From Candidatus Nanopelagicales bacterium (GTDB taxonomy: Bacteria > Actinomycetota > Actinomycetes > S36-B12 > CAIYMF01), in assembly GCA_025456015.1 (NCBI GenBank), contig JALOLK010000001.1, positions 22,846 through 86,845 on the forward strand: a stretch of DNA of 64,000 bases, given 5' to 3'. The first letter of the stretch is position 1. Every line of letters starts with the position of its first letter. Made by a program: the position numbers and the translations under genes. Positions 11,305 through 24,219 of the stretch are shown in pieces. The notes beneath the pieces were generated by a model that ran no database searches, had not been told where the DNA came from, and saw only the letters and a program-made list of their open reading frames with translations.

Positions 11305-12035
11305 CCGGGATCGACGATGTCGGCCGGCTGGCCCGGGGGCTCGCCGGGGCCGCGGGCCTGGGCGTCGGGGCAGCCACGGGCGTGGGCTTCTCGCTGCTGA
11401 ACCGTGACCGGCGCACCGGCATCAACATGGCCGCCAACGTCGGCAGCGAGCTGTCGCTGGCAGCCGCCGGGGTGCACCTGGAGGTCCAGGGCGAGGAGCA
11501 CGCCTGGTCGCACCGGCCGGCCATCTTCATGTTCAACCACCAGAGCCAGCTCGACGTGCCGATCGTGGCGTCCGTGCTCAAGCGCGACTTCACCGGCGTG
11601 GCGAAGAAGTCGCTGCAGGCCAACCCGATCTTCGGGCCGATCGGCTGGTTCGCCGGGGTGGCGTTCATCGACCGGACGGACCCGGCGGCGGCGCGGGCGG
11701 CCCTCGAGCCCGTCGTGCAGAGCCTGCGCGACGGCGTGTCGCTGGCGGTGGCCCCGGAGGGCACCAGGGCCCTCGAGCTGGGGCCGTTCAAGAAGGGCCC
11801 GTTCCACATGGCCATCCAGGGCCAGGTGCCGGTCGTGCCCATCGTCATCCGCAACGCCGGGCAGGTCATGGCCCCGCACACGTACCTCATCACCCCGGGC
11901 ACCGTGCAGGTCTGCGTCCTGCCCCCGGTCGACACCAGCGACTGGACCACCGAGACCATCGACGAGCACCGCGACGCGGTGCGCCAGATGTTCCTGGACA
12001 CCCTGGCCGACTGGCCCACGCCACCGCACGGCTGA
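11301..12035 (+). CDS. plsC: 1-acyl-sn-glycerol-3-phosphate acyltransferase (PlsC-like)
   Basis: [28 protein letters not shown] overlap with plsB and SD GAGGAGG. Confidence 0.85.
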   Translation: MTGIDDVGRLARGLAGAAGLGVGAATGVGFSLLNRDRRTGINMAANVGSELSLAAAGVHLEVQGEEHAWSHRPAIFMFNHQSQLDVPIVASVLKRDFTGVAKKSLQANPIFGPIGWFAGVAFIDRTDPAAARAALEPVVQSLRDGVSLAVAPEGTRALELGPFKKGPFHMAIQGQVPVVPIVIRNAGQVMAPHTYLITPGTVQVCVLPPVDTSDWTTETIDEHRDAVRQMFLDTLADWPTPPHG

Positions 12036-12109
12036 GGCGCCGCCGCCCGGCGCGCCGCTGGGGCATCGGGGCCGTGGGCGCCCTCCGGGGCCCACCTACG
12101 ATGGGCGCC

Positions 12110-12898
12110 ATGCCCGTGGCCGTGCGCGTGATCCCCTGCCTGGATGTGGACGCGGGCCGGGTCGTCAAGGGCGTGAACTTCGTGGACCTCGTGGACGCCG
12201 GCGACCCGGTGGAGCTCGCCGCGGCCTACGGCGCCGCCGGCGCCGACGAGCTCACGTTCCTGGACATCACCGCCTCGTCGGGCAACCGCGAGACGACCTA
12301 CGACGTGGTCCGGCGCACCGCCGAGCAGGTCTTCATCCCGCTGACCGTCGGCGGCGGCGTGCGCACCGTGGCCGACTTCGACGCCCTGCTGCGCGCGGGG
12401 GCCGACAAGTGCGGGGTCAACACCGCGGCCATCGCCCGGCCGGCCCTGCTGGCCGAGGCCGCCGACCGGTTCGGTGCCCAGTGCGTCGTGCTCTCCGTCG
12501 ATGCCCGGCGCTGCGGGCCGGGCACCGCGGCACCGGACGTGCGCACGGACTCCGGCTTCGAGGTGACCACCCACGGCGGTCGGCGATCGACCGGCCTGGA
12601 CGCCATCGGCTGGGCGACGCAGGCCGCCGAGCTGGGCGCCGGGGAGATCCTGCTGAACTCGATGGACGCCGATGGCACCAGGGCCGGGTACGACCTGGAG
12701 CTGATCCGCCTCGTGCGCGCGGCCGTGCGGGTGCCGGTCATCGCCAGTGGGGGAGCCGGTCGCCTGGCCGACTTCGCCCCGGCCGTGGCCGCCGGTGCCG
12801 ACGCGGTGCTGGCCGCCAGCGTCTTCCACTTCGGGCAGCTGCGGATCGCCGAGGTCAAGGACGCCCTGGCCGACGCGGGCTGCGTCGTCCGCCGCTGA
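12110..12898 (+). CDS. hisF: Imidazole glycerol phosphate synthase, cyclase subunit
   Basis: [46 protein letters not shown]. Confidence 0.97.
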   Translation: MPVAVRVIPCLDVDAGRVVKGVNFVDLVDAGDPVELAAAYGAAGADELTFLDITASSGNRETTYDVVRRTAEQVFIPLTVGGGVRTVADFDALLRAGADKCGVNTAAIARPALLAEAADRFGAQCVVLSVDARRCGPGTAAPDVRTDSGFEVTTHGGRRSTGLDAIGWATQAAELGAGEILLNSMDADGTRAGYDLELIRLVRAAVRVPVIASGGAGRLADFAPAVAAGADAVLAASVFHFGQLRIAEVKDALADAGCVVRR

Positions 12899-12939
12899 CG
12901 TCGCCCGAGCCGGGCCCCGGCGTAGGCCAGAATGGCGCC

Positions 12940-13323
12940 GTGGAGTTCACCGACCCGTCCCTGGATCCGGACCTGGCCGCGCGGCTGCGCGCCGCCGGGC
13001 GCGCCCCGGACGGCCGCCCGCTGGTCACCGCCGTGGCGCAGGACGCCGAGTCCGGCCGGGTGCTCATGGTGGCGTGGATGGATGCCGCCGCCCTCGGGGC
13101 CACCCTGCGCACCGGCCTGGCCACCTACTACTCGCGCTCTCGGCAGGAGCAGTGGGTGAAGGGGGCGAGCTCGGGCCACGTCCAGCACGTGGTGGACCTC
13201 GCCGTGGACTGCGACGGCGACGCCGTGCTGCTGCGGGTGCGCCCGCAGGGTCCTGCCTGCCACACCGGCCTGGCCTCCTGCTTCGACACGCACGTGCGCC
13301 GCGTCGAGGGGGCCGTGGCATGA
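12940..13323 (+). CDS. hisI: Phosphoribosyl-AMP cyclohydrolase
   Basis: [36 protein letters not shown]. Confidence 0.95.
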   Translation: MEFTDPSLDPDLAARLRAAGRAPDGRPLVTAVAQDAESGRVLMVAWMDAAALGATLRTGLATYYSRSRQEQWVKGASSGHVQHVVDLAVDCDGDAVLLRVRPQGPACHTGLASCFDTHVRRVEGAVA

Positions 13324-14936
13324 CGGTGTCGTCCCCCGCGCGGGCCACGCCCGACCTGGCGACCTTCACCGCGCTGGCGCGCGCGCCGCGCCGCGTCATC
13401 CCGGTGGTCCGGCGCCTGCTCGCCGACGGCGAGACCCCGGTGGGGCTGTACCGCAAGCTGGCCGGTGAGCGGCCCGGCACGTTCCTGCTCGAGTCGGCCG
13501 AGCACGGCCGGGTGTGGTCGCGCTACTCGTTCATCGGGGTGCAGGCCGCCGCGATGCTCGCCGAGGTGGGCGGCCGGGCCACGTGGCGGGGCCGCGCCCC
13601 GGTCGGCGTGCCGTCCGGGGGCGATCCCCTGCTCGCCATGCGCGACACGCTGGCCCTGCTGCACACCGACCCGATCGACACCCCCGGCCTGCCGCCGCTC
13701 ACCGGCGGCCTGGTCGGCATGATCGGCTACGACGCGGTCCGCCGGTGGGAGCGGCTGCCGGATGCCAACCCCGACGAGCTGCACCTGCCCGAGCTCGCGA
13801 TGCTGCTGGCCACCGACCTCGCCGTGCTCGACCACTGGGACGGCAGCGTCCTGCTCATCGCCAACGCCGTGAACTACGACGCCACGGACGCCCGCGTGGC
13901 CGAGGCCTGGGCGGACGCGGTCGCGCGCCTCGACGCCATGGAGGCGGCCCTGGCCGCCGCCAGCCCCGGCACTGCGGCGGCCCTCGAGGAGCCCAGCGAC
14001 CCCGCACCGGTCCGCCCGCGCACCGTCGCCGGGGACTACCGGGGCGCGGTCGAGGTGGCCAAGGAGCACATCCGGGCCGGCGACGCCTTCCAGATCGTGC
14101 TCTCGCAGCGCTTCGACCGGCCGACCACGGCCAGCGCCCTGGACATCTACCGCATGCTGCGGGTGAGCAACCCCAGCCCGTACATGTACCTGCTGCGCTT
14201 CCCCGAGCCGGGGGAGGGCCCCGACCTCGGCGGGGCCGTCGCGTTCGACGTCGTGGGCTCCAGCCCCGAGGCCCTGGTGAAGCTCACCGACGGCCACGCG
14301 ATGCTGCACCCCATCGCCGGGACCCGCCCGCGCGGGCGCACCCCGGAGCAGGACGCCGCCCTCGCCGAGGAGCTGCTCGCCGACGACAAGGAGCGCGCCG
14401 AGCACCTCATGCTCGTCGACCTGGGCCGCAACGACCTGGGCCGGGTGTGCCGGCCCGGCAGCGTCGAGGTCGTGGACTTCATGTCGATCGAGAAGTACTC
14501 CCACGTCATGCACATCGTCTCGACCGTGACCGGCCAGCTCGCCGAGGGCACCTCGGCCTACGACCTGCTGGCCGCGACGTTCCCGGCCGGGACGCTCTCG
14601 GGGGCGCCGAAGCCGCGGGCCATGGAGATCATCGACGACCTCGAGCCGACCCGCCGTGGCCTGTACGGCGGCGCCGTCGGCTACCTGGACTTCGCCGGCA
14701 ACCTCGACGCCGCGATCGCGATCCGCACCGCCGTGCTCAAGGACGGCGTCGCCCACGTGCAGGCCGGTGCGGGCCTGGTGGCCGACTCGGTGCCGCAGAC
14801 CGAGCACGAGGAGTGCCGCAACAAGGCCGCGGCCGTGCTGCGCGCCATCGCGATGGCCGAGGGGTTGCGCCCAGCGGGCGGCGGAGGTGCCACAATGGCG
14901 ACGCCGGCGGGGTCCCCCGGCGTCGAGCAGGCGTGA
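13320..14936 (+). CDS. trpE: Anthranilate synthase component I
   Basis: [56 protein letters not shown] overlap with hisI. Confidence 0.96.
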   Translation: MTVSSPARATPDLATFTALARAPRRVIPVVRRLLADGETPVGLYRKLAGERPGTFLLESAEHGRVWSRYSFIGVQAAAMLAEVGGRATWRGRAPVGVPSGGDPLLAMRDTLALLHTDPIDTPGLPPLTGGLVGMIGYDAVRRWERLPDANPDELHLPELAMLLATDLAVLDHWDGSVLLIANAVNYDATDARVAEAWADAVARLDAMEAALAAASPGTAAALEEPSDPAPVRPRTVAGDYRGAVEVAKEHIRAGDAFQIVLSQRFDRPTTASALDIYRMLRVSNPSPYMYLLRFPEPGEGPDLGGAVAFDVVGSSPEALVKLTDGHAMLHPIAGTRPRGRTPEQDAALAEELLADDKERAEHLMLVDLGRNDLGRVCRPGSVEVVDFMSIEKYSHVMHIVSTVTGQLAEGTSAYDLLAATFPAGTLSGAPKPRAMEIIDDLEPTRRGLYGGAVGYLDFAGNLDAAIAIRTAVLKDGVAHVQAGAGLVADSVPQTEHEECRNKAAAVLRAIAMAEGLRPAGGGGATMATPAGSPGVEQA

Positions 14937-14949
14937 GGACAGGAGCGAC

Positions 14950-15162
14950 ATGGCCGAGCACGGGCACGACAACCACGGGCAGACGCCGGCGAACTGGACC
15001 GGCGCCGGCATCATCATGCTCGCGTTCCTCGTGGGCACCGTCGGGGTCGTCATCGCGCAGCCGATCGTCTTCTGGATCGGCGTGGCCCTGGTCGTCGTAG
15101 GCATGATCGTGTGGAAGGTCATGCTGGGGATGGAGTCCTCGGCCTCCGAGGACGCGCACTGA
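14950..15162 (+). CDS. Small membrane protein, HGxxPAAW family
   Basis: HGQTPANW followed by two hydrophobic helices; SD AGGAG; usual position between trpE and trpC. Confidence 0.8.
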   Translation: MAEHGHDNHGQTPANWTGAGIIMLAFLVGTVGVVIAQPIVFWIGVALVVVGMIVWKVMLGMESSASEDAH

Positions 15163-15256
15163 CGCCGCGGCCGGCACGGTCGCACCGCACCGATCCTGAC
15201 CTGACCCGAACGCGCCCCGAGCCCATCGCTGGCATGCCCGCGACAGGCTGGGCCCC

Positions 15257-15945
<689 letters not shown>

Positions 15946-15949
<4 letters not shown>

Positions 15950-17358
15950 GCCGCGGCAGCCTGGCCCGACGGCTGCCCCTGGCCATGGCCGCCGTCGCCG
16001 CGGTCGCGGTGCTCATCGCCGCCCTGGTCGCCTGGCCCCTGCTGACCCGGGCCGCGGAGTCCAACGCCCGGGCCACGCTGTCGCGGACCGCGGACCTGAC
16101 CGCCGAGCTGCTGCAGCGCACCGCCGAGCTGCCGTTCGGCGGCGGGCGCCGGGTCGCCGAGCAGCGGCTCGAGGCGCTGCTGGAACTACAGCAGGTCCGC
16201 TACGGCATCGTGACGCCGGCGACCGAGGTGCCCGCTCCGCTCACCCCCGCCGACGCCGCGACCGTGACCTCCGGCGCGTCGCTGTCCGACCGGCGCTCGG
16301 ACGCCGCCGGGACGTGGTTCGTCGAAGGCCGGCCGCTCGGCGACGGGGTCGGCGTGCTGCTGCTCCAGCCGTCCTCAGCCGCGCAGGAGCTCAGTGGGCC
16401 CGCGCTGGCGCGGCTGCTGCTCGCGCTGGCCCTGGGCCTGACCGTGGCCGTCGTCGTCGGCGTGCTGCTGGCCCGCCGGATCACCAGGCCGCTCGGGCAG
16501 GCGGCGGGCGCGGCCACCGCGATGGCCGCGGGCAACCGTGACGTCCGGGTCGACACGGACGGCCCCCAGGAGGTGGCCGACCTGGCCGTGGCCCTCAACG
16601 GCCTGGCGGCCAACCTCGCCGAGAGCGAGGGCCGCCAGCGCGAGTTCCTGCTCACCGTCTCCCACGAGCTGCGCACCCCGCTGACCTCCATCAAGGGCTA
16701 CGCCGAGGCACTGGCGGACGGCGTCGTCGCCGCCCCCGACGTGCCGGTCGCGGCTGGGGTGGTGCGCTCGGAGGCCGACCACCTCGACCGGTTGGTGGCC
16801 GACCTGCTCGACCTGGCCCGGCTCGGCGCCGTCGACGTCGCCGTCACCCCGGTCGACCTCGACCTCGCCGTCCTCGGGGCGGAGGCTGCGTCGGCGTGGG
16901 CCGCCCGGGCGGGGCGGGCCGGGGTGCGGTTCGTCGACGAGGTGGACCGGACGGCCCTGGCCGTGCGCACCGACCCGGTCCGCGTGCGCCAGATCGTCGA
17001 CAACCTCATGGAGAACGCCCTGCGGGTCACCGGCGACGACGCTCCGGTGGTGCTGCGCATCGGTGCGCACGCCCCCGGCTGGTTCGAGGTCGAGGTGCGC
17101 GACGGCGGCCCCGGCCTGACCGACGACGACCGCCGGGTGGCCTTCGAGCCGGGCGAGCTGTACGCCCGCTACCGCGGCGTGCGCAAGGTGGGCTCCGGGG
17201 TCGGCCTGGCCCTCGTCGCCCGGCTGGCCGAACGCCTCGGCGGGCGCGCCGAGGCCGGGATCGCGGCCGAGGGCGGGGCGGCGTTCCGCGCCCTGCTGCC
17301 CACGGTGCTGGCGGAGCCGTCGGTCCCGGCGCCGCGGCCGGGCGGGGCGACCCGCTGA
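15946..17358 (+). CDS. HAMP-domain sensor histidine kinase
   Basis: Two TM helices, HAMP, H-box VSHELRTPLTSI, N-box NLMENALR, DGGPG, GSGVGLAL; ATGA overlap with the regulator. Confidence 0.92.
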
Positions 17359-17375
17359 CACCCGGCCCGGGCCGT

Positions 17376-17459
17376 CGGATCGCGTTCGATCTGGGAGCAC
17401 CACGGGCTCCGAGACCGGTCGCCATCCGCCGGAGGGTGCCGCGGATCGAACGCGATCCG
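17376..17459. repeat. 16-bp perfect inverted repeat with 52-nt spacer between convergent genes
   Basis: CGGATCGCGTTCGATC (17376-17391) and GATCGAACGCGATCCG (17444-17459). Confidence 0.85.
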
Positions 17460-17482
17460 CGGCGGCCGGAACCCGCCGGCGG

Positions 17483-17989
17483 CTAGGACAGTCCCGAGCC
17501 CAGCCAGGGCACCGCGAGCCGCAGCACCCACCAGGCCCCGGTGAGGGCCATGAGCCCCACGACCAGCCGGGTCGGGACGTCGGGGAAGCGCTGGCCGCGC
17601 CACGCCCGACGCAGCCACAGCACCCAGGCCAGCACGGCCAGGGGCAGGATCACGAGCACGAACAGGGCGTTGTGGTCCAGGGCCGGCACGACCTCCCCCC
17701 GGGCCAGTGCCCCGGCCGCGCGCGTCGAGCCGCAGAACGGGCAGTCCAGTCCGGTGAGGGTGCGGAACGGGCAGAACGACGGGCCGCTGCCGTCGACGTC
17801 GACACTGGCCACGGCGGCCACCGCCAGGGCGGTGATCCCCAGCGCCGCGAGCGGTGCGGCGAGCCGTCGCACCGGGCCGCGGCTGGGGCCGGCCCCATGG
17901 CCGTGCGACTCCGGCTGCAGCACGGGGTCCGTCGGTGCCGGCACCGCGGGCGCCGGCACCTGCGGCGCCGGGTCGCGGGGTGTCGGCAT
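17483..17989 (-). CDS. DUF2752 family membrane protein
   Basis: [19 protein letters not shown] motif, hydrophobic helices, SD AGGAG. Confidence 0.85.
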   Translation of the reverse strand: MPTPRDPAPQVPAPAVPAPTDPVLQPESHGHGAGPSRGPVRRLAAPLAALGITALAVAAVASVDVDGSGPSFCPFRTLTGLDCPFCGSTRAAGALARGEVVPALDHNALFVLVILPLAVLAWVLWLRRAWRGQRFPDVPTRLVVGLMALTGAWWVLRLAVPWLGSGLS

Positions 17990-18153
17990 CGGGGCTCCTG
18001 GCGCGCGTGGGCGGTCGGGGCATCAGCGTAGCCGGCGATCGGTGGGCGGGCAGGGGCCCGGGCGCGCGTGGGCGATCGGCGGGATTCGGGCGCTCGGCGG
18101 GGCTGGCGTACCCTCGTGCCTGCACCGACCCGACCCGCGAGGGGAGCCCGCGC

Positions 18154-18959
18154 ATGACCGTCCTCGACGACATCCTCGCGGGCGTCCGCGCCGATGTCGC
18201 CGAGCGCATGGCGGCGGTCCCCCTGGACTCGCTCAAGGAGCGGGCGGCCCGCGCCCCCGAGGCCCGCGACGGGATCGCCGCGCTGCGCCAGGACGAGGTC
18301 ACCGTGATCGCGGAGGTGAAGCGCTCCTCGCCGAGCCGTGGCGCGCTGGCCCCGATCGACGACCCGGCCGGGCTGGCCCGCGCCTACGAGGACGGCGGCG
18401 CCCACGCCATCTCGGTGCTCACCGAGGGGCGGCGCTTCGGCGGCTCGCTGGACGACCTCGTGGCGGTCCGCCACGCCGTCGACGTCCCGGTGCTGCGCAA
18501 GGACTTCATCGTCTCGAGCTACCAGCTGTGGGAGGCCCGGGCCGCCGGCGCCGACATCGTGCTGCTCATCGTGGCCGCACTCGAGCAGCAGGCCCTGGTG
18601 AGCCTGCACGAGCGCGCCCTGTCCATCGGCCTGACCCCGCTGGTGGAGGTGCACGACCTCGACGAGGTCCCCCGGGCCCTCGACGCCGGCGCCGGGCTCA
18701 TCGGGGTCAACGTGCGCGACCTGCGCACCCTGACCGTCGACCGCGACCACTTCGCCCGGGTTGCCCCGGCCATCCCGGACTCCTGCGTGCGGGTGGCCGA
18801 GAGCGGCGTGCGCGGGCCGCACGACCTCATCGCCTATGCGAACGCCGGCGCGGACGCCGTGCTCGTCGGCGAGAGCCTGGTCACCGGGGGAGATCCACGC
18901 CAGGCGGTGCACGACCTCGTCACCGCCGGCGCCCACCCAGCCCTCAAGCATGGACGGCC

Positions 18960-18963
<4 letters not shown>
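18154..18963 (+). CDS. trpC: Indole-3-glycerol phosphate synthase
   Basis: [38 protein letters not shown]. Confidence 0.97.
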
Positions 18964-20203
<1,240 letters not shown>

Positions 20204-20207
<4 letters not shown>

Positions 20208-21019
20208 GCACGCTGCACGAGGCCTTCGCCCGCGCACGTCGGGAGGGCCGCGCGGCCCTCATCGGCTACCTGCCCAGCGGGTTCCCGAGCCAGGCCGAGG
20301 GCATCGCCCTGGCCACGGCCATGGTCGAGGCGGGGGTCGACATCGTCGAGGTGGGCCTGCCCTACTCCGATCCGCTCATGGATGGCCCCGTCATCCAGGC
20401 CGCCGTGCACCAGGCCCTGACCGGCGGGTCGTCGCTGGCCAACGTCCTGGCCACGGTCGAGGCGGTCGCGGCCACCGGGGCCCCCACGCTGGTCATGTCG
20501 TACTGGAACCCGATCGAGCGGGTCGGCGTCGGGTCCTTCGCCGCCCGGCTGGCCCGCGCCGGTGGGGTGGGCGTGATCACCCCCGACCTGCCACCCGACG
20601 AGGCCGACGCGTGGCTCGAGGCCACCACGTCCGCCGGGCTCGACCGTGTCTTCCTGGTCGCTCCCTCGAGCACCGACGCCCGGATCGGCGCCGTCGCCGG
20701 GGCCACCACCGGCTTCGTGTACGCCGCCTCGACGATGGGCGTCACGGGTGCCCGCGCGGCGGTCGGGGCGGGTGCCCGCGAGCTCGTCGCTCGCGTGCGC
20801 GCGGTGACCGACCTGCCGGTCGCGGTGGGCCTGGGCGTCTCGACCGGCGAGCAGGCCGCGCAGGTGGCCGGCTACGCCGACGGCGTGATCGTCGGCTCGG
20901 CGTTCATCCAGCGGATCCTCGACGCGCCGGACCACGCCGCGGCGCTGGTCGCCGTCCGCGCGCTGGCCGGCGAGCTGGCCGCGGGCGTGCGGGCCGGCTC
21001 CCCGGCCGTCACCCGCTGA
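20204..21019 (+). CDS. trpA: Tryptophan synthase alpha chain
   Basis: [40 protein letters not shown] overlap with trpB. Confidence 0.97.
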
Positions 21020-21046
21020 CGGAGCCCGGACCCGAGGACGCCCGGC

Positions 21047-21679
21047 TCAGACGTACTTGTAGAGCACCATCGCCGCGAGCACCGCGACGAAGATCGCGAC
21101 GCCGGCGAAGTCCGCGCCCAGCCGCAGGGGCCGCTCCAGCAGGCGCTTGGTCCCCGCCCCGAGGTGGCCCTCGAGGATGTTCACCCGGGTCATCGAGGCG
21201 AAGACCAGCGTCGTGGTGACCGTGATGAGCAGGCACCAGGGGCACAGGGCGCCGATGACGAAGTACGCCTGGACGAACAGCCAGTACGCGAACGCCAGGC
21301 CGATCGAGTAGACGACCTGCGCCGACAGCATGAACCAGCGCGGGAACCGCACGCCGCCGAGCGCCGCGACCGCGATCGTGATGACGACCGGCTCGGCGAT
21401 GAGGCCCAGGTACGCGTTCGGGAAGCCGAGCAGGTTGGCCTGCCAGGTCAGGCCGACCTTCGCGCACGAGATCGTGTCGGAGATGTTGCACGACAGCGCG
21501 GCGTCCGGGTCGGCCGCCAGCGTGATGGCGTCGATCGACAGCACGAGCGAGGCGACCAGGCCCAGCAGGCTGGAGACGAGCATCTCGACGAAGGCACCGG
21601 GGTGGTAGCGGTCGGCCTTCGTGGGCAGGCGCGGCGGGGGCGCCTCGGCCTGCGCCGCCGGGCTGGTCACGTCGATCAT
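21047..21679 (-). CDS. Vitamin K epoxide reductase (VKOR) family protein
   Basis: Loop cysteines CNISDTISC, LLGFPNAYLG, redox motif ALCPWC in a TM segment; SD AGGAG before ATG 21679. Confidence 0.92.
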   Translation of the reverse strand: MIDVTSPAAQAEAPPPRLPTKADRYHPGAFVEMLVSSLLGLVASLVLSIDAITLAADPDAALSCNISDTISCAKVGLTWQANLLGFPNAYLGLIAEPVVITIAVAALGGVRFPRWFMLSAQVVYSIGLAFAYWLFVQAYFVIGALCPWCLLITVTTTLVFASMTRVNILEGHLGAGTKRLLERPLRLGADFAGVAIFVAVLAAMVLYKYV

Positions 21680-21894
21680 GTCGGCTCCTGCCGTGCCCGC
21701 CCCGGGGGGCGCGTCGCTGCCGTGCTGCGCGTCGGCCCGTTCCCCGGGGACGCGCCGCAGCCCACCGGTCGCCCGGTCGGTGCACCGATGGTAGGGCAGG
21801 ACTGCGCCTGCCACGCCCGGCCGCGCCGGGCGGATCGAGGGCTGGGCGAGGTCGGTTCGGGTAACCTTGCCCCCAATTCTCCCCGGAGGTTCCC

Positions 21895-22755
21895 ATGGCA
21901 ACCGAGCCGAAGAAGCCGGCCAGCCCGGCCAAGTCCCCCAAGCAGCTCGCCGCTGAGGCGCGGGCCGCGTCCGAGGCCGCCGAGCGGCGCCGCGAGCGCG
22001 TCATCCGCATCGTGGGGACCCTCGTGGTCGTCGGCATCGTCGGTGCGCTGCTCGCGATCGGCTTCTTCGCCGGACGGGGTGGCGACGACGGCACCGCGGC
22101 GACCCCGGGGCCGACGCCGGACCCCTCGGCCGCCGCACCCTCGGGCGTGATCACGGATGCCGCCAGCCAGCAGGCGTGGGGCGTGCCCTACGGGGCCGCC
22201 TGGAGCGCCGACAACGAGGCCAAGCTGCCGACGATGGAGATCTGGGAGGACTTCCAGTGCCCGTTCTGCGCGCAGTTCGAGAACGAGTTCGGCCCGCAGC
22301 TCGAGGCGCTGGCTGACGCGGGCAAGGTGAAGCTGCTCTACCGCCCGGCGATCTTCCTCGACTCGGGCCTGGCCGAGAAGAACGCCGCGGCGGGCAACGC
22401 CAACTCCTCGGCACGCGCCACGGCTGCCTGGGGCTGCGCGATCGACCAGGACAAGACCTCCGACTACCACGCGGCGCTCTTCGCCGCCCAGCCGGCCGAG
22501 GAGGGCACGGGCTACTCCGAGCAGACCCTGCTCGACCTGGGCACGCAGGTGGGGGTGGCCGACATGGCCCGGTTCACCACGTGCGTCCAGGAGGGCACCT
22601 ACCTGACCTGGTCGGCGAACAGCAACCAGGCGTTCTACGACGCCAACGTCGGTGGCACCCCGCGGGTGTACCTCAACGGCACCGAGATCCCCACCCAGGA
22701 GTTCGCCGACATGGCCGCGATCGAGGCCAAGATCGAGGCAGCGACCGCCCAGTGA
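21895..22755 (+). CDS. dsbA: Membrane-anchored DsbA-family thiol:disulfide oxidoreductase
   Basis: N-terminal TM anchor, EDFQCPFC active site, GGTP cis-Pro loop, extra Cys pair (WGCA, TTCV); SD GGAGG. Confidence 0.88.
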   Translation: MATEPKKPASPAKSPKQLAAEARAASEAAERRRERVIRIVGTLVVVGIVGALLAIGFFAGRGGDDGTAATPGPTPDPSAAAPSGVITDAASQQAWGVPYGAAWSADNEAKLPTMEIWEDFQCPFCAQFENEFGPQLEALADAGKVKLLYRPAIFLDSGLAEKNAAAGNANSSARATAAWGCAIDQDKTSDYHAALFAAQPAEEGTGYSEQTLLDLGTQVGVADMARFTTCVQEGTYLTWSANSNQAFYDANVGGTPRVYLNGTEIPTQEFADMAAIEAKIEAATAQ

Positions 22756-23642
22756 GCGTGCTCGCGGCCATGCCCGCCGGCGTCGTCGCCGCGATCCCGA
22801 GCCCCGACCAGTCCGTCTGGTACCTCGGGCCGGTCCCGCTGCGCGCGTACGCGCTGTGCATCCTCGCGGGCATCGTCGTGGCGATGCTGGTCACCGACCG
22901 TCGCTGGGTGGCCCGCGGCGGCGAGCCCGGCGTGGTCTACGACGTCGCCATGTGGGCGGTGCCCTTCGGCATCATCGGCGGGCGGCTCTACCACGTGCTC
23001 ACCGACTGGCCGGACTACTTCGGCCCCGGCGGCTCGGGCCTGCGCGGTGCGGTCGCCATCTGGGAGGGCGGCCTGGGCATCTGGGGCGCGATCAGCCTCG
23101 GGGCGCTGGGCGCCTGGATCGGCTGCCGCCGGGCCGGCGTGCCGCTGCCGCCCTTCGCCGACGCGCTGGCCGTCGGCCTGCCGCTGGCCCAGGCCATCGG
23201 GCGGTTCGGCAACTGGTTCAACCAGGAGCTGTTCGGCGGGCCGACCGACCTGCCATGGGGCCTGGCGATCGACCCGCAGTACCGGCCCGCCGGGTACGAG
23301 CAGGTCGAGACGTTCCACCCCACGTTCCTCTACGAGGCGCTGTGGCTCGTGCTCGTCGCGCTCGTCGTCGCCTGGGCCGACCGGCGCTGGCAGCTGGGCC
23401 ACGGCCGCGCGTTCGCCCTCTACGTCGCGCTCTACTGCCTCGGGCGCCTGGGCATCGAGCTGCTGCGCATCGATCCGGCCACAACTGTCGCCGGCGTCCG
23501 CATCAACGTCTTCACAGCGGTGGCGGTGGGCGTCGGCGCGGTGGTCTACCTGGTCGCCAGCAGGCGATCGAGGCCGGGCCGGGAGGCGCCGGAGGCGCTG
23601 CTGCGCCGGTCGTCCGACGAGCCCGTCCCCACTGCTGGTTGA
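22752..23642 (+). CDS. lgt: Prolipoprotein diacylglyceryl transferase
   Basis: PLRAYALCI, GGRLYHV, WEGGLGIWG, QAIGRFGNWFNQE, HPTFLYE; exact start uncertain. Confidence 0.95.
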   Translation: MSVLAAMPAGVVAAIPSPDQSVWYLGPVPLRAYALCILAGIVVAMLVTDRRWVARGGEPGVVYDVAMWAVPFGIIGGRLYHVLTDWPDYFGPGGSGLRGAVAIWEGGLGIWGAISLGALGAWIGCRRAGVPLPPFADALAVGLPLAQAIGRFGNWFNQELFGGPTDLPWGLAIDPQYRPAGYEQVETFHPTFLYEALWLVLVALVVAWADRRWQLGHGRAFALYVALYCLGRLGIELLRIDPATTVAGVRINVFTAVAVGVGAVVYLVASRRSRPGREAPEALLRRSSDEPVPTAG

Positions 23643-23644
23643 CA

Positions 23645-23732
23645 GGTCAACGGTCCCGCCGAAGTCGGGACGTTCGGATGACGATCGTGGACCGTTCAAT
23701 CCACGGCATCGGCGGTCCCGGGGGTCATAGTT
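23645..23732 (+). promoter_or_regulatory. Candidate DosR/DevR-like operator array with -10 element
   Basis: Four GGGAC/GTCCC-type half-sites about 20-22 bp apart (best reads GGGACCGTTGACC on the minus strand), then CATAGT at about 23727. Confidence 0.35.
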
Positions 23733-23770
23733 GAACGTGTAAGGACCATCCACCACCTGAAGGGAACAGC

Positions 23771-24205
23771 ATGAAGCCCAAGGTCGTCGCCATCCTGCTC
23801 TTCGTCGCCGGCGCATTCCTGATCGTCGCCGGGGCCGGCACCTGGTACACGGTCTCCGACCAGCTCGCCGCCGAGCAGATCACCGTCTCCGACGATGCCA
23901 GCTGCCAGGCCGGCCAGACCGTGAACGGCCCGCTGGAGGCCTTCTGCCAGGCCGAGATCATCAACAAGCACGCCCTGGAGTCGACGGGTGGCAAGACCTA
24001 CGCCCAGCTCGACCGCGAGGACCCGCTGCGCGCCGTCGCGCAGAGCGCCTCGTTCCTGCGTGCCTCGCTGTTCACCTCGGTCGTGGCGTTCGGCGTCGCC
24101 GCCTTCGCGATGGGCGTGGGCGTGCTCATGCTGATCATCGGCGCCGGCTTCAGCAACCTCGCCAAGCGCGAGGCGGCCGCCCCGGCCGAGGCTGCCACGG
24201 TCTGA
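23771..24205 (+). CDS. Conserved actinobacterial two-TM membrane protein of unknown function (family often mislabelled 'LigA')
   Basis: N- and C-terminal hydrophobic helices; GPLEAFCQAEII..GGKTYAQL..ASFLRASLFTSVVAFGV; SD GAAGGG. Confidence 0.8.
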   Translation: MKPKVVAILLFVAGAFLIVAGAGTWYTVSDQLAAEQITVSDDASCQAGQTVNGPLEAFCQAEIINKHALESTGGKTYAQLDREDPLRAVAQSASFLRASLFTSVVAFGVAAFAMGVGVLMLIIGAGFSNLAKREAAAPAEAATV

Positions 24206-24219
24206 CCGACCCGGCTCCG

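Noticed and set aside
23771..24205. Aromatic ring-opening dioxygenase LigA
   Set aside because: Two-TM topology, no LigB partner and no aromatic catabolism genes; the family label looks like a propagated misannotation
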